IMG/VR virus record: IMGVR_UViG_3300046516_000137
Direction: 5' to 3' (one strand)
Length of the DNA stretch: 64,000 nucleotides
Source: an uncultured virus (IMG/VR IMGVR_UViG_3300046516_000137)
Lineage: Duplodnaviria; Heunggongvirae; Uroviricota; Caudoviricetes
In this document: piece after piece, positions 49,858 through 57,598 of the stretch
How the letters are laid out: each line of letters starts with the position of its first letter
Position numbering within the stretch: the stretch's first letter is position 1
Position numbers and translations under genes: made by a program
Notes under the pieces: model-generated
The model's input: only the letters and a program-made list of their open reading frames with translations
The model's database searches: none
What the model was told of the DNA's origin: nothing

Positions 49858-49938
49858 ATAAATGCACAGGCACCAAGCCTCTGTGCTCCCAGGTCAACGA
49901 ATAACATAACCATCTCCTAAGAGACCCTGGCCCTTACG

Positions 49939-50009
49939 TACCCACTGAGGGAATCGAACCCCCGCAATCTGTGTGTAAAACAGATGGTCTTCCATTAACC
50001 TAAGCGGGC
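49939..50009 (-). tRNA. tRNA-Val(TAC)
   Basis: Loop TTTACAC. Confidence 0.9.
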
Positions 50010-50042
50010 AAACACCCTTTCGGGCGGTATTACTATTGTAAC

Positions 50043-50246
50043 TTAAAACATTCTAGTAGGAGTAAACATATCAGCAGGAAGAGTTTCAGACTTCACATGA
50101 TTTCCTACCCAAGTAATATCTACTACTAGATTACCATGGTCGTCTCTGTATTCATCACTATTTGCATGAGCTTTACTATTACGTGGACCCCACAGAGAAT
50201 CTCCTGCTTGAATCTCGTTTCGTTTCTTTCCTAACAAGAATCCCAT
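50043..50246 (-). CDS. hypothetical protein
   Basis: RBS AAGGAGG before MGFLLG. Confidence 0.65.
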   Translation of the reverse strand: MGFLLGKKRNEIQAGDSLWGPRNSKAHANSDEYRDDHGNLVVDITWVGNHVKSETLPADMFTPTRMF

Positions 50247-50264
50247 CGTTGCCTCCTTTTGGCG

Positions 50265-50337
50265 TGCGCCTGGAGGGACTCGAACCCCCAACCTAACGGG
50301 TAGAAACCGTTTGCTCTATCCTTTGAGCTACAGGCGC
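50265..50337 (-). tRNA. tRNA-Arg(TCT)
   Basis: Loop TTTCTAC. Confidence 0.92.
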
Positions 50338-50359
50338 AGTGCCCTTTCGGGCGGTATTA

Positions 50360-50692
50360 CTAGGAGATAACCATTTTCTGTAGTGCTATTGACCAGATAC
50401 CGTGTGCCGCCAGAGTATTCAAGTCTTCACATGCATCAGGATCATCCTTGGAACAGATTTCCCAACCCTTGCTAGTCCATTTGGTCCAGAGATTGTACTC
50501 TTGACACTCGGCAATTCCTGGCCAAATACCCTGCCATACGGTATTACAATCATATTCATTATGATCATCACCCCAACGCTGACGTCCTGTCAGAGCGCAT
50601 CTGGCAATGTCACAACCTTCTTGATGAAACTCTCCGATACTTACCGAACAATCAGGACAGTTTTCTCGTAGTTCCTGCACTAATGCCTCCAC
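50360..50692 (-). CDS. Cys-rich hypothetical protein
   Basis: CPDC...HQEGCDIARC. Confidence 0.7.
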   Translation of the reverse strand: MEALVQELRENCPDCSVSIGEFHQEGCDIARCALTGRQRWGDDHNEYDCNTVWQGIWPGIAECQEYNLWTKWTSKGWEICSKDDPDACEDLNTLAAHGIWSIALQKMVIS

Positions 50693-50787
50693 ACTAGAAG
50701 TTAATCCAGATCGATTTTGGCCTCTGGAGGAGCCACCATGTATTGAGGCTTTCTAGGGTGCGTTTCAACATGGATTAGGTTTCCCTG

Positions 50788-50860
50788 TACGGCTAGAGGG
50801 ATTCGAACCCCCGACCTTCTGATTCGTAGTCAGATGCTCTATCCACTGAGCTATAGCCGC
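50788..50860 (-). tRNA. tRNA-Arg(ACG)
   Basis: Loop CTACGAA. Confidence 0.93.
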
Positions 50861-50874
50861 AAAACCCCGAAGGG

Positions 50875-51018
50875 CTAGTTTGCATTGTGACGTCTTGACA
50901 AGTGCATTTGTAGTCCTACTTCGGCATCTTTCTTAGTCTTGTACCCTGAAATGCCTATCTCACTTCTACACCACTTACACTGCCAATACCAACATAGTTC
51001 TTTAGAATAATCAACCAC
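50875..51018 (-). CDS. 47-aa C2H2-like micro-protein
   Basis: RBS AAGGAG; CKWC...HLSRRH. Confidence 0.55.
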   Translation of the reverse strand: MVDYSKELCWYWQCKWCRSEIGISGYKTKKDAEVGLQMHLSRRHNAN

Positions 51019-51036
51019 TGGATTACTCCTTGTTAA

Positions 51037-51549
51037 TTACTTCTTCAATCCTAGCAGATACTTTCTCAACTTACCAGGCGTAACCAGGTATGGTTCCCTG
51101 TCAGTCAAAGTAGAACCCACTTCATCATAGTCCTCAGAAACTAGCTGAGAACAGATAAGGTGCTTGGAATCAAGGACTCTCTTGGTAACTCCTGGAGCCT
51201 TGATGTGAAAACGATACATCGCAATTGCCAGATAGTCAAGGAAGCTGTACTTTACTCCTACTTGCCCGACTGCTCTGTTAACTATAGTAGTACGCTGGTC
51301 ATCTGTCAACTGAACCAGACCTGTTGACCAGAGGATACTGCGTCCATCATACTCACTCAGTTGGGATATACAAGCCCCACCAGGTTCAGCCTCTACGATC
51401 TGACCGTTACCGATATAGATAAAGGCGTGTTCATAGTTGGAGAACCCATCTCCATTCAACCACTGTCCTAAGCGTATCAACACTCCTACGCCACCAGCAA
51501 TGGATACAAGTCCGAAGTCTCCTGGTAACGGAGTTACACTATCAATCAT
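51037..51549 (-). CDS. permuted papain-like NlpC/P60 (YiiX/YebB-like) protein
   Basis: PGDF, HAFIYIG, VEAEP, KYSF, ICSQLV. Confidence 0.85.
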   Translation of the reverse strand: MIDSVTPLPGDFGLVSIAGGVGVLIRLGQWLNGDGFSNYEHAFIYIGNGQIVEAEPGGACISQLSEYDGRSILWSTGLVQLTDDQRTTIVNRAVGQVGVKYSFLDYLAIAMYRFHIKAPGVTKRVLDSKHLICSQLVSEDYDEVGSTLTDREPYLVTPGKLRKYLLGLKK

Positions 51550-51699
51550 CACACTTCTCCACATGAACTCTTAAAGCCACATTAGCATCATGCTCAGTGG
51601 AAAACGGACCTTCTACGTGCTTACGCTTGTCACTACATTGATGGGAGTATGCCCAACCTCTGTTAGCCTTATATACCATTTTATTCTCCTTATTATACG

Positions 51700-51770
51700 T
51701 ACCCCACCACGGTACTGCCCCGTGTTTCGCGGGGTAAAAGCCCGCTACATCACTTTAATGTTTGTGAGGC
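51700..51770 (-). tRNA. tRNA-Lys(TTT), non-canonical T loop
   Basis: Loop CTTTTAC; T loop GGCAGTA. Confidence 0.75.
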
Positions 51771-52041
51771 GCAAATCATTAGCCGTCTTCTCTAAATGGC
51801 ATGGATTACATAGTAGTTGACATTTGTCAACCTCAGCCCAAAAGAAATCCTCACTTCTAGAGGAAGCTCTTGCTATTGCCATTAGTTTAGTTGAGGGGTC
51901 AATGTGATCAAACTCTAAATCTTCTGTCTCTCCACAGCTGACACATTGACCTCCCAAATACCCTATGGCCACCTTTCGACGTGTTTCCCATCGACGTTTC
52001 ATATATTCATTCATCTTATTATTATAATCTTTATATGGCAT
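51745..52041 (-). CDS. HNH endonuclease
   Basis: CVSCG...LEFDHIDP...KCQLLCNPCH. Confidence 0.9.
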   Translation of the reverse strand: MPYKDYNNKMNEYMKRRWETRRKVAIGYLGGQCVSCGETEDLEFDHIDPSTKLMAIARASSRSEDFFWAEVDKCQLLCNPCHLEKTANDLRLTNIKVM

Positions 52042-52134
52042 AGCTACAGTATAGCACGGGTTAAAACACAAAAGTTTAACCCTTGTCAACCGGAGACACT
52101 GAGGGGCATAAGGCCATTTCTGGCCCGTTTTACT

Positions 52135-52431
52135 TTAATCAATCTGCCAGCTAGTCTGACAGTCAGCGCAAGTGCCATAATGGCCTCTAGCACCACGAGA
52201 GACTGGTAGAAGAGTTCCAAGACCACCAATAATCTTGCCTGTGAAAAGATTAGTGTTATGGTCCCCACGTCTATCTCTTGGACAGTCAACAAGTTCCCCT
52301 GTTGACCCACCAGGAGAATTCCTGGTAAGATTACGCTTTTCCTTACCATTCTTCTTGTAGTAACGCGCAGCATGGTCATTTACGTCAAACGGCTTACGAG
52401 GTTCTGGCTCTTTCTTACCAAATAAACTCAT
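52135..52431 (-). CDS. Zn-binding hypothetical protein (paralogue A)
   Basis: CP...DHNTNLFTG...TCADC..SWQI. Confidence 0.7.
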   Translation of the reverse strand: MSLFGKKEPEPRKPFDVNDHAARYYKKNGKEKRNLTRNSPGGSTGELVDCPRDRRGDHNTNLFTGKIIGGLGTLLPVSRGARGHYGTCADCQTSWQID

Positions 52432-52664
52432 GATGCAGCATTCCCCTTCTTGTCAGTAAGCTGCCATGCACAACCGCAGTCGTTACAGGTCATATATGTA
52501 CCCTTGTCTCCACGAGATGTACAGAGAAGTGGGTATACCTTCGTTCCATCAGACTGCTGCTTATAACCACAAGTTATCATACCTGTGAAGAGATGGGTAT
52601 TATGGTCTCGTTTGCCACTAGGACAAGGTGGACTGGAATTGAATACCGACCCACCTTTATACAC
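52428..52664 (-). CDS. Zn-binding hypothetical protein (paralogue B; start may be ~52696)
   Basis: CP...DHNTHLFTG...TCNDC..AWQL. Confidence 0.7.
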   Translation of the reverse strand: MYKGGSVFNSSPPCPSGKRDHNTHLFTGMITCGYKQQSDGTKVYPLLCTSRGDKGTYMTCNDCGCAWQLTDKKGNAAS

Positions 52665-52726
52665 AAATGCCTTAATGGTATCACCTAGAAAACTGATAGT
52701 TTGCCTCCTATAGTTTTTATATAACG

Positions 52727-52799
52727 AGCCTTATCAGGGAGTCGAACCCTGTCTCTCTCCGTACCAAGGAGAAGTGCTAACCATAGTCACTAATAAGGC
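52727..52799 (-). tRNA. tRNA-Thr(GGT)
   Basis: Loop TTGGTAC. Confidence 0.88.
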
Positions 52800-52958
52800 A
52801 TAAATTCTATGTGGTGTGCTGCTACGCCAAAGCTGGGGTTATTATTTCTTGCCCAGGACGATTCCTCGTTACCCTTCCGTTCTGGAAGCACTCTTTAAAA
52901 GATGGCTGCTTCTAAGCCAACTTTCCACATATAGGGAAACGTGTACTTTGTTTCCTTG

Positions 52959-53029
52959 TACTCCGCCAGGGACTCGAACCCTGATCCCCAGATTAAGAGT
53001 CTGGTGCATCACCTTAATGCTTGCAGAGC
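52959..53029 (-). tRNA. tRNA-Lys(CTT)
   Basis: Loop CTCTTAA. Confidence 0.9.
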
Positions 53030-53155
53030 ATGTGAGTAGTTCTCGTAACACTACACCATAGACGTTTACTGAAGCCGATATCTATGGTTCATGTTAATTA
53101 TTGGACTCAAAGTCTTCAGTCACCGGAAATCCCTGACTCCTACTCAAAGCCATTG

Positions 53156-53227
53156 TGGAGCAACAGGGAATCGAACCCTGATTTCCGCCGTGCAAAAGCG
53201 GAGTAATAGCCATTATACGAAAGCCCC
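53156..53227 (-). tRNA. tRNA-Ala(TGC)
   Basis: Loop TTTGCAC; G3.U70. Confidence 0.88.
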
Positions 53228-53371
53228 ATTGTGCCGTAAGGAGACCCCACTATCTCTGCGTGAGGTCACCAGGATGAGCCTTAGCCGAGAGATATTACGC
53301 ATATCTCATCCCAGTAGGTTCCCTTACTTGCGCGCCTTACCCTTAGCGTTTGCACTTCCCTGATGTAGTCT

Positions 53372-53400
53372 AGCTTAGCAGATCAGACTCTCAGAGTCAA
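53372..53400 (-). promoter_or_regulatory. sigma70-type promoter
   Basis: TTGACT-17-TAAGCT with extended -10 TG. Confidence 0.7.
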
Positions 53401-53798
53401 TCTTGCCAGACCCAGCCAGATCGGTGTACTTCAACATCACGTTCATGCTTTTCGATCTCATCTGCTGGAATTACCAGAATGTCATCCTGTAGCAGATACT
53501 GCTCCAACGTAGTATACGTATAGGTATAGCTTCCGAATATGCGTGCAGATTCGATATACTCGTTACCTTCATAGCCGCACCCACGCTCATAAGCAGTAGC
53601 TTCTCTCAAGGAGTCGCTTTGAGTAATGGAATAGTCTTCACCACAGCAAGAACACGTTACGTTATTCGGGTCATGGCCAAAACGGCTGTAGAAGACAGAG
53701 GTAGCTTGATTCTCTGGAGCCTGAATGTAGATGTACTGATATGGAGACTCCTTGGTTCCACCACCAGAATGCATATCCATAAACTGTGTCCACACCAT
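53397..53798 (-). CDS. hypothetical phage protein
   Basis: RBS AAGGAGG; FMDMHSGGG, VTCSCCG. Confidence 0.75.
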   Translation of the reverse strand: MVWTQFMDMHSGGGTKESPYQYIYIQAPENQATSVFYSRFGHDPNNVTCSCCGEDYSITQSDSLREATAYERGCGYEGNEYIESARIFGSYTYTYTTLEQYLLQDDILVIPADEIEKHERDVEVHRSGWVWQD

Positions 53799-53830
53799 AT
53801 TGCCTCCTTTATCGTGGTACGTCATTAGGT

Positions 53831-53864
53831 AAAAATAAACTCCACCAGTATTTCTACGGTGGAG
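53831..53864 (-). terminator. intrinsic terminator
   Basis: CTCCACC...GGTGGAG followed by TTTATTTTT. Confidence 0.65.
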
Positions 53865-53877
53865 AGGATTAAGTTAA

Positions 53878-53986
53878 TGATAGATCGTAGCATACCGGAC
53901 TCGAACCGGTGCGACGGACCAGTAACGATCCGTACTCTACCTCTGAGTTAATACTACGAGACTGAATTAACTGTCTCGATCTATCA
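53878..53986 (-). ncRNA. tRNA-like RNA with irregular anticodon loop and extended acceptor stem
   Basis: Cloverleaf at 53886-53958 with canonical D and T arms; flanking 10-bp inverted repeat. Confidence 0.6.
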
Positions 53987-53988
53987 AG

Positions 53989-54061
53989 CTCCCTCGCCCA
54001 GATTCGAACTGGGAACCGGTGTATTAACAGTACACAACTCTGCCTATTGAGTTACAAGGGA
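53989..54061 (-). tRNA. tRNA-Asn(GTT)
   Basis: Loop CTGTTAA. Confidence 0.9.
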
Positions 54062-54138
54062 ATAAACCCTAACCACAAGGGAGAGGGTGTGTTATCAGCT
54101 CAACAAGAGTATCAGGTACCTCTTCTCTCGTCAAGCAG

Positions 54139-54209
54139 CACGACGTCAAGGATTCGAACCCTGGATAACGGTTTTGGAGACCGGTGTGTTACCACTACAC
54201 TAACGCCAT
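54139..54209 (-). tRNA. tRNA-Trp(CCA)
   Basis: Loop CTCCAAA. Confidence 0.88.
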
Positions 54210-54256
54210 AAGTTGGTTCCGTTGTGTAATCGGACAACGGTTTCCTAAAACCTGCG

Positions 54257-54340
54257 TAGCCCTTATCGGATTCGAACCGATACGTCACAAGGACACTGGT
54301 TCCTAAGACCAGCGCGTCTGCCAGATTCCGCCAAAAGGCC
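54257..54340 (-). tRNA. tRNA-Leu(TAG)
   Basis: Loop CTTAGGA; long arm. Confidence 0.92.
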
Positions 54341-54345
54341 ATGCG

Positions 54346-54771
54346 TTAGCTTATTAAGTTATGGACATAATGAGAAGCTTCATAGTCTGAAGCAGAAGCA
54401 TTATGTATTCCGCCGTGTCCTCTATGATGCTTTTCGCACAAGAACATGAAGTTTTCGTCAGATTCTACCCAAGCCCCGATTTCATCAGGATTTGAGATAC
54501 CGGGAAAGTCTCTTTCAAGGTAGGTTAAGTCTACACCCTGCTGCATACTGAATTCAACATGTGCGTGGTGAAGTTCTAGTCCTCCGACACATTCTGCTGT
54601 ATCTCCGCCACGTCTTAGCGCGAAATCACAAACTGCTGTGTCTACATGAGTCTTGCGGTAATGGTTGAAATCCTTGTAATGTGGATCATCTGTACGAGCA
54701 GGGTGAGCAGGAAACGCCACAGTATAGTGCTTGGTTTCTGCTTGACTGTGTGCGTTTACTATCTTACCCAT
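54346..54771 (-). CDS. His-rich HNH-like hypothetical protein
   Basis: LELHH...FLCEKHHRG.GGIH. Confidence 0.65.
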   Translation of the reverse strand: MGKIVNAHSQAETKHYTVAFPAHPARTDDPHYKDFNHYRKTHVDTAVCDFALRRGGDTAECVGGLELHHAHVEFSMQQGVDLTYLERDFPGISNPDEIGAWVESDENFMFLCEKHHRGHGGIHNASASDYEASHYVHNLIS

Positions 54772-54791
54772 GTTGCTCCCTATATGTCAAG

Positions 54792-54866
54792 TAGTCCTAG
54801 TCAGATTCGAACTGACACTAAACGGGACTTAAATCCGTTGCTTCTACCTGATTGAGCGATAGGACC
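54792..54866 (-). tRNA. tRNA-Leu(TAA), short variable arm
   Basis: Loop TTTAAGT. Confidence 0.82.
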
Positions 54867-54875
54867 ATAATAAAG

Positions 54876-54949
54876 TACTCCAGATGGGACTCGAACCCAC
54901 AACGCACAAGGTTTGAGCTTGCGTCCTCTAGCCATTGGGATACTGGAGC
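54876..54949 (-). tRNA. tRNA-Leu(CAA), short variable arm
   Basis: Loop CTCAAAC. Confidence 0.85.
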
Positions 54950-55098
54950 ATAAGTGACGATTCCGGATTAGCATCCGGGAGCCACTACACAGGTCTTTAG
55001 CTTTTAGTCGGTTCAATGCTTGATCCCTTAGATAGTACCCCGGAAGTACTTTCTGTGTCAAGCTGTCCGTGCCAGGAGTTACTGTGCAGAACCTAAAG

Positions 55099-55172
55099 AG
55101 CCGCATGAAGGACTTGCACCCTCCGCCTGTCGCTTACAAGGCGACTGCTCTTCCTACATGAGCTAATGCGGC
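55099..55172 (-). tRNA. tRNA-Thr(TGT)
   Basis: Loop CTTGTAA; T loop TGCAAGT. Confidence 0.88.
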
Positions 55173-55276
55173 AAATACCACTATATCCTATTACCCAATG
55201 TAAGTGGTCAACATCAGAACCCGTATTAGGGGGTTTTAGTGAAAGCCAGCGGAAGGAGGAACACTGGCTTTCCGTA

Positions 55277-55564
55277 TTAGGAGGTTCCGGAAGCCGTAAC
55301 AACCCAGTCTGTGATTGCATTAAGAGTAAAGTCAATAGGCTTTGCAAAAGCGTTTCCGCTTAGGTACACAGTCCAAAGACCATCTGTTCCACCAGCGCCA
55401 GGAGCTACAGGAGCCTGAACAACAGATGTAACTGTTGGATAGCCAAGACCAGTAGCTGGAACAGGCTGAACATAGCAGTGACCGTCAGCAGCAGCTACGA
55501 AAGCAACAGCGGTTCCGACAGTCAGAGCATTTACTCTAGTTGGTGCGTTATAAGTGATTGCCAT
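55277..55564 (-). CDS. A/T/V/G-rich protein of structural-like composition
   Basis: 95 aa, followed by a strong hairpin at 55241-55272. Confidence 0.7.
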   Translation of the reverse strand: MAITYNAPTRVNALTVGTAVAFVAAADGHCYVQPVPATGLGYPTVTSVVQAPVAPGAGGTDGLWTVYLSGNAFAKPIDFTLNAITDWVVTASGTS

Positions 55565-55646
55565 TTTTGAGCCTTTCATGAAAGAACTATATTTAGTTCG
55601 CTATAGCCCTATTATCGTATCATGAAAGGTCATTTAATTCTTAACG

Positions 55647-55718
55647 TACCCCCGGAGGGAATTGAACCCTCTCTTCAGGCTTGAAAGGCCAGTGTACTAA
55701 CCAATATACTACGGGGAC
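55647..55718 (-). tRNA. tRNA-Glu(TTC)
   Basis: Loop CTTTCAA. Confidence 0.88.
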
Positions 55719-55955
55719 AAAAACCCTACCAGTCCCGGAGAACGGTAGGGAACAATCTCGGCAAGGGAACAGTAGTGCCTGCTTCGAATCAGGGACTGTT
55801 GGTGCCTTGCTGAGTATAAATAGTCCTTAGGGTTACCCATCCCTTAACTACACTGAATGGTTGATCACAGGCAGCTTATCTCATTTCAGCTAGCGAGACC
55901 GGATGTGGCTTCAGCTCATCCCGCAATCTCTTGAGACCTGTGAGGGTAACAAACG

Positions 55956-56029
55956 TACTCCGTACGGGGCTCGAACCCGTAATCTCTTCCTTGAGAGGGA
56001 AGTGACTTAACCATTTTGTCCAACGGAGC
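55956..56029 (-). tRNA. tRNA-Glu(CTC)
   Basis: Loop CTCTCAA. Confidence 0.9.
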
Positions 56030-56346
56030 ATATTACTTATTTTTTAGACTGTCTACTACTTTGCGCTGATCCCTGATCTTTGTCGTCAAAGCCTGTCGCT
56101 GTGCACTCTGCTTCACAGTACGCAATTCTTGCATCATCTCATGAAGCTTGTCAAGTGCGTCCTTGTATTCCTGGCTATAACCCATATTACTTGTGTCTCC
56201 TCAGAAGTTCAGTATTGATCTGATCGATTTCTCGTTCAATAAACTTCTTACGTTGTTTTGACAGTCCACCCTGCTTGATGATGTCCTGTCTTAGTTTTAG
56301 ATAGCCTTTTAACTGTTCACTTGTTTTAGACTCTAAATGTTCCATG

Positions 56347-56418
56347 CGCCCACGACGGTATTCGAAACCGCCCTTGCAGCTTGACAGGCTACCGTGCTAA
56401 CCACTACACTACGCGAGC
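56347..56418 (-). tRNA. tRNA-Asp(GTC)
   Basis: Loop CTGTCAA. Confidence 0.9.
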
Positions 56419-56443
56419 AAAGTTGCTTTCGCAACTGGTTAAG

Positions 56444-56752
56444 TTATTCTGGCCAACTAATGTTCGGATACTGCTCAACTGCTATACCATCTCGTACTAT
56501 TACCCTTGACATATCTGGAGATTCTTCTCCATGTCGCAGGATTATCAAGAAGTTGTTGGGATAAGCATATGCTAACTGCTGTAGGTCTGTCAACCAGCCA
56601 TACCACTTAGTACAGTCATAACCGCTTACTTGACCCTCATAGTCTTCCCAACCAGGAGATCCCCAACCATATTGCTCATCAGCATTGTTGAGAACATCCT
56701 TGATATCGGGAATATCTGTATCCACTACTTCGAAAGTAGAGTAATAACCCAT
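56444..56752 (-). CDS. hypothetical protein
   Basis: RBS GGAGG; KWY...GEE motif. Confidence 0.7.
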   Translation of the reverse strand: MGYYSTFEVVDTDIPDIKDVLNNADEQYGWGSPGWEDYEGQVSGYDCTKWYGWLTDLQQLAYAYPNNFLIILRHGEESPDMSRVIVRDGIAVEQYPNISWPE

Positions 56753-56776
56753 AGTTGCCTCCATAGATTGTAAAAG

Positions 56777-56847
56777 CTCCCCCACCAGGGCTCGAACCTA
56801 GACTCCGAGAGCCAAAGGCTCGTGTGCTGCCATTACACTAAAGGGGA
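56777..56847 (-). tRNA. tRNA-Gln(TTG)
   Basis: Loop CTTTGGC. Confidence 0.85.
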
Positions 56848-56851
56848 AAAG

Positions 56852-56922
56852 CTCTCCAACCTGGATTCGAACCAAGGCCAGCGAATTCAGAGTCCGCGAT
56901 GCTGCCGTTACACCATTGGAGA
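56852..56922 (-). tRNA. tRNA-Gln(CTG)
   Basis: Loop CTCTGAA. Confidence 0.9.
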
Positions 56923-56997
56923 ATAAGAGGGTCGCGTATTGGGACAATTCAAACCCAAGAACCAATACCACCTACTCTAGGCGGGAAACCCAGCAAG

Positions 56998-57068
56998 TAC
57001 CGTATGCGAGAATCGAACTCGCGAACTCTGTTTGGAAGACAGATATGTTACCTCTACATCAATACGGC
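56998..57068 (-). tRNA. tRNA-Gly(TCC)
   Basis: Loop CTTCCAA. Confidence 0.9.
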
Positions 57069-57081
57069 ATTATTTAATTGT

Positions 57082-57158
57082 TGGTGGCGGAGCTTCGGAA
57101 TCGCACCGAATTAACCCAGCTTATGAGACTGGTCGAGATAACTAACCTCCCGCCCGCA
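57082..57158 (-). tRNA. tRNA-Met(CAT), initiator-like, CCA encoded
   Basis: Loop CTCATAA; 1:72 mismatch. Confidence 0.75.
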
Positions 57159-57159
57159 G

Positions 57160-57230
57160 TAGCTGATGACAGAATTGAACTGTCGTTGACGGCTTATGAA
57201 ACCGTTGTTCTGCCATTGAACTAATCAGCC
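57160..57230 (-). tRNA. tRNA-Met(CAT) elongator (or Ile2)
   Basis: Loop TTCATAA. Confidence 0.8.
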
Positions 57231-57294
57231 ATACTACTAGACTGAGGAGCCGAACTGCGCTACCTCAATCTTCTCGTCCTTAATAAGCTTCTCT

Positions 57295-57323
57295 ACCTTA
57301 GCAGAGGCTCTAAGAGTCTTCAA
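57295..57323 (-). promoter_or_regulatory. sigma70-type promoter
   Basis: TTGAAG-17-TAAGGT with extended -10 TG. Confidence 0.55.
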
Positions 57324-57361
57324 AGGCTTACGCATATCGTCTCCTTCTAGTTGTTGTAAAG

Positions 57362-57434
57362 TGGCTCCCCCCGGATTTGAACCGAGATACATCGGGCTTC
57401 AACCGATTGCTCTACCAGGTTGAGCTAAAGAGCC
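57362..57434 (-). tRNA. tRNA-Phe(GAA)
   Basis: Loop TTGAAGC. Confidence 0.88.
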
Positions 57435-57512
57435 AATTGAGTTACTTACTTGTATTTAGCATCGTATCTATTATGTGATTTGGTGATGTCTATACGTTGA
57501 TCATAACTCTAG

Positions 57513-57586
57513 TCTAGATGGCAGGATTTGAACCTGCGACCGCCCGAATCCAAGTCGGGTACGCTACCAAACTGCGCTACATCTAG
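57513..57586 (-). tRNA. tRNA-Pro(TGG)
   Basis: Loop CTTGGAT. Confidence 0.9.
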
Positions 57587-57598
57587 ATTAATACTACG

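Larger units (their letters stand above)
50015..50362. repeat. 21-bp exact direct repeat (50015-50035 and 50342-50362)
   Basis: CCCTTTCGGGCGGTATTACTA occurs twice. Confidence 0.9.

Noticed and set aside
49863..49933. Y RNA (GGTC...TTGACC stem)
   Set aside because: Resemblance is partial and no Ro/TROVE gene is in the window; kept only as a weak structured spacer.
53100..53135. Hammerhead ribozyme (CTGAAGA on the minus strand)
   Set aside because: No GAAA core segment in the required position.
54112..55363. ORF-track ORFs overlapping tRNAs (e.g. 54112-54342, 54801-55106, 55093-55347)
   Set aside because: Chance open frames across RNA genes, with no RBS.
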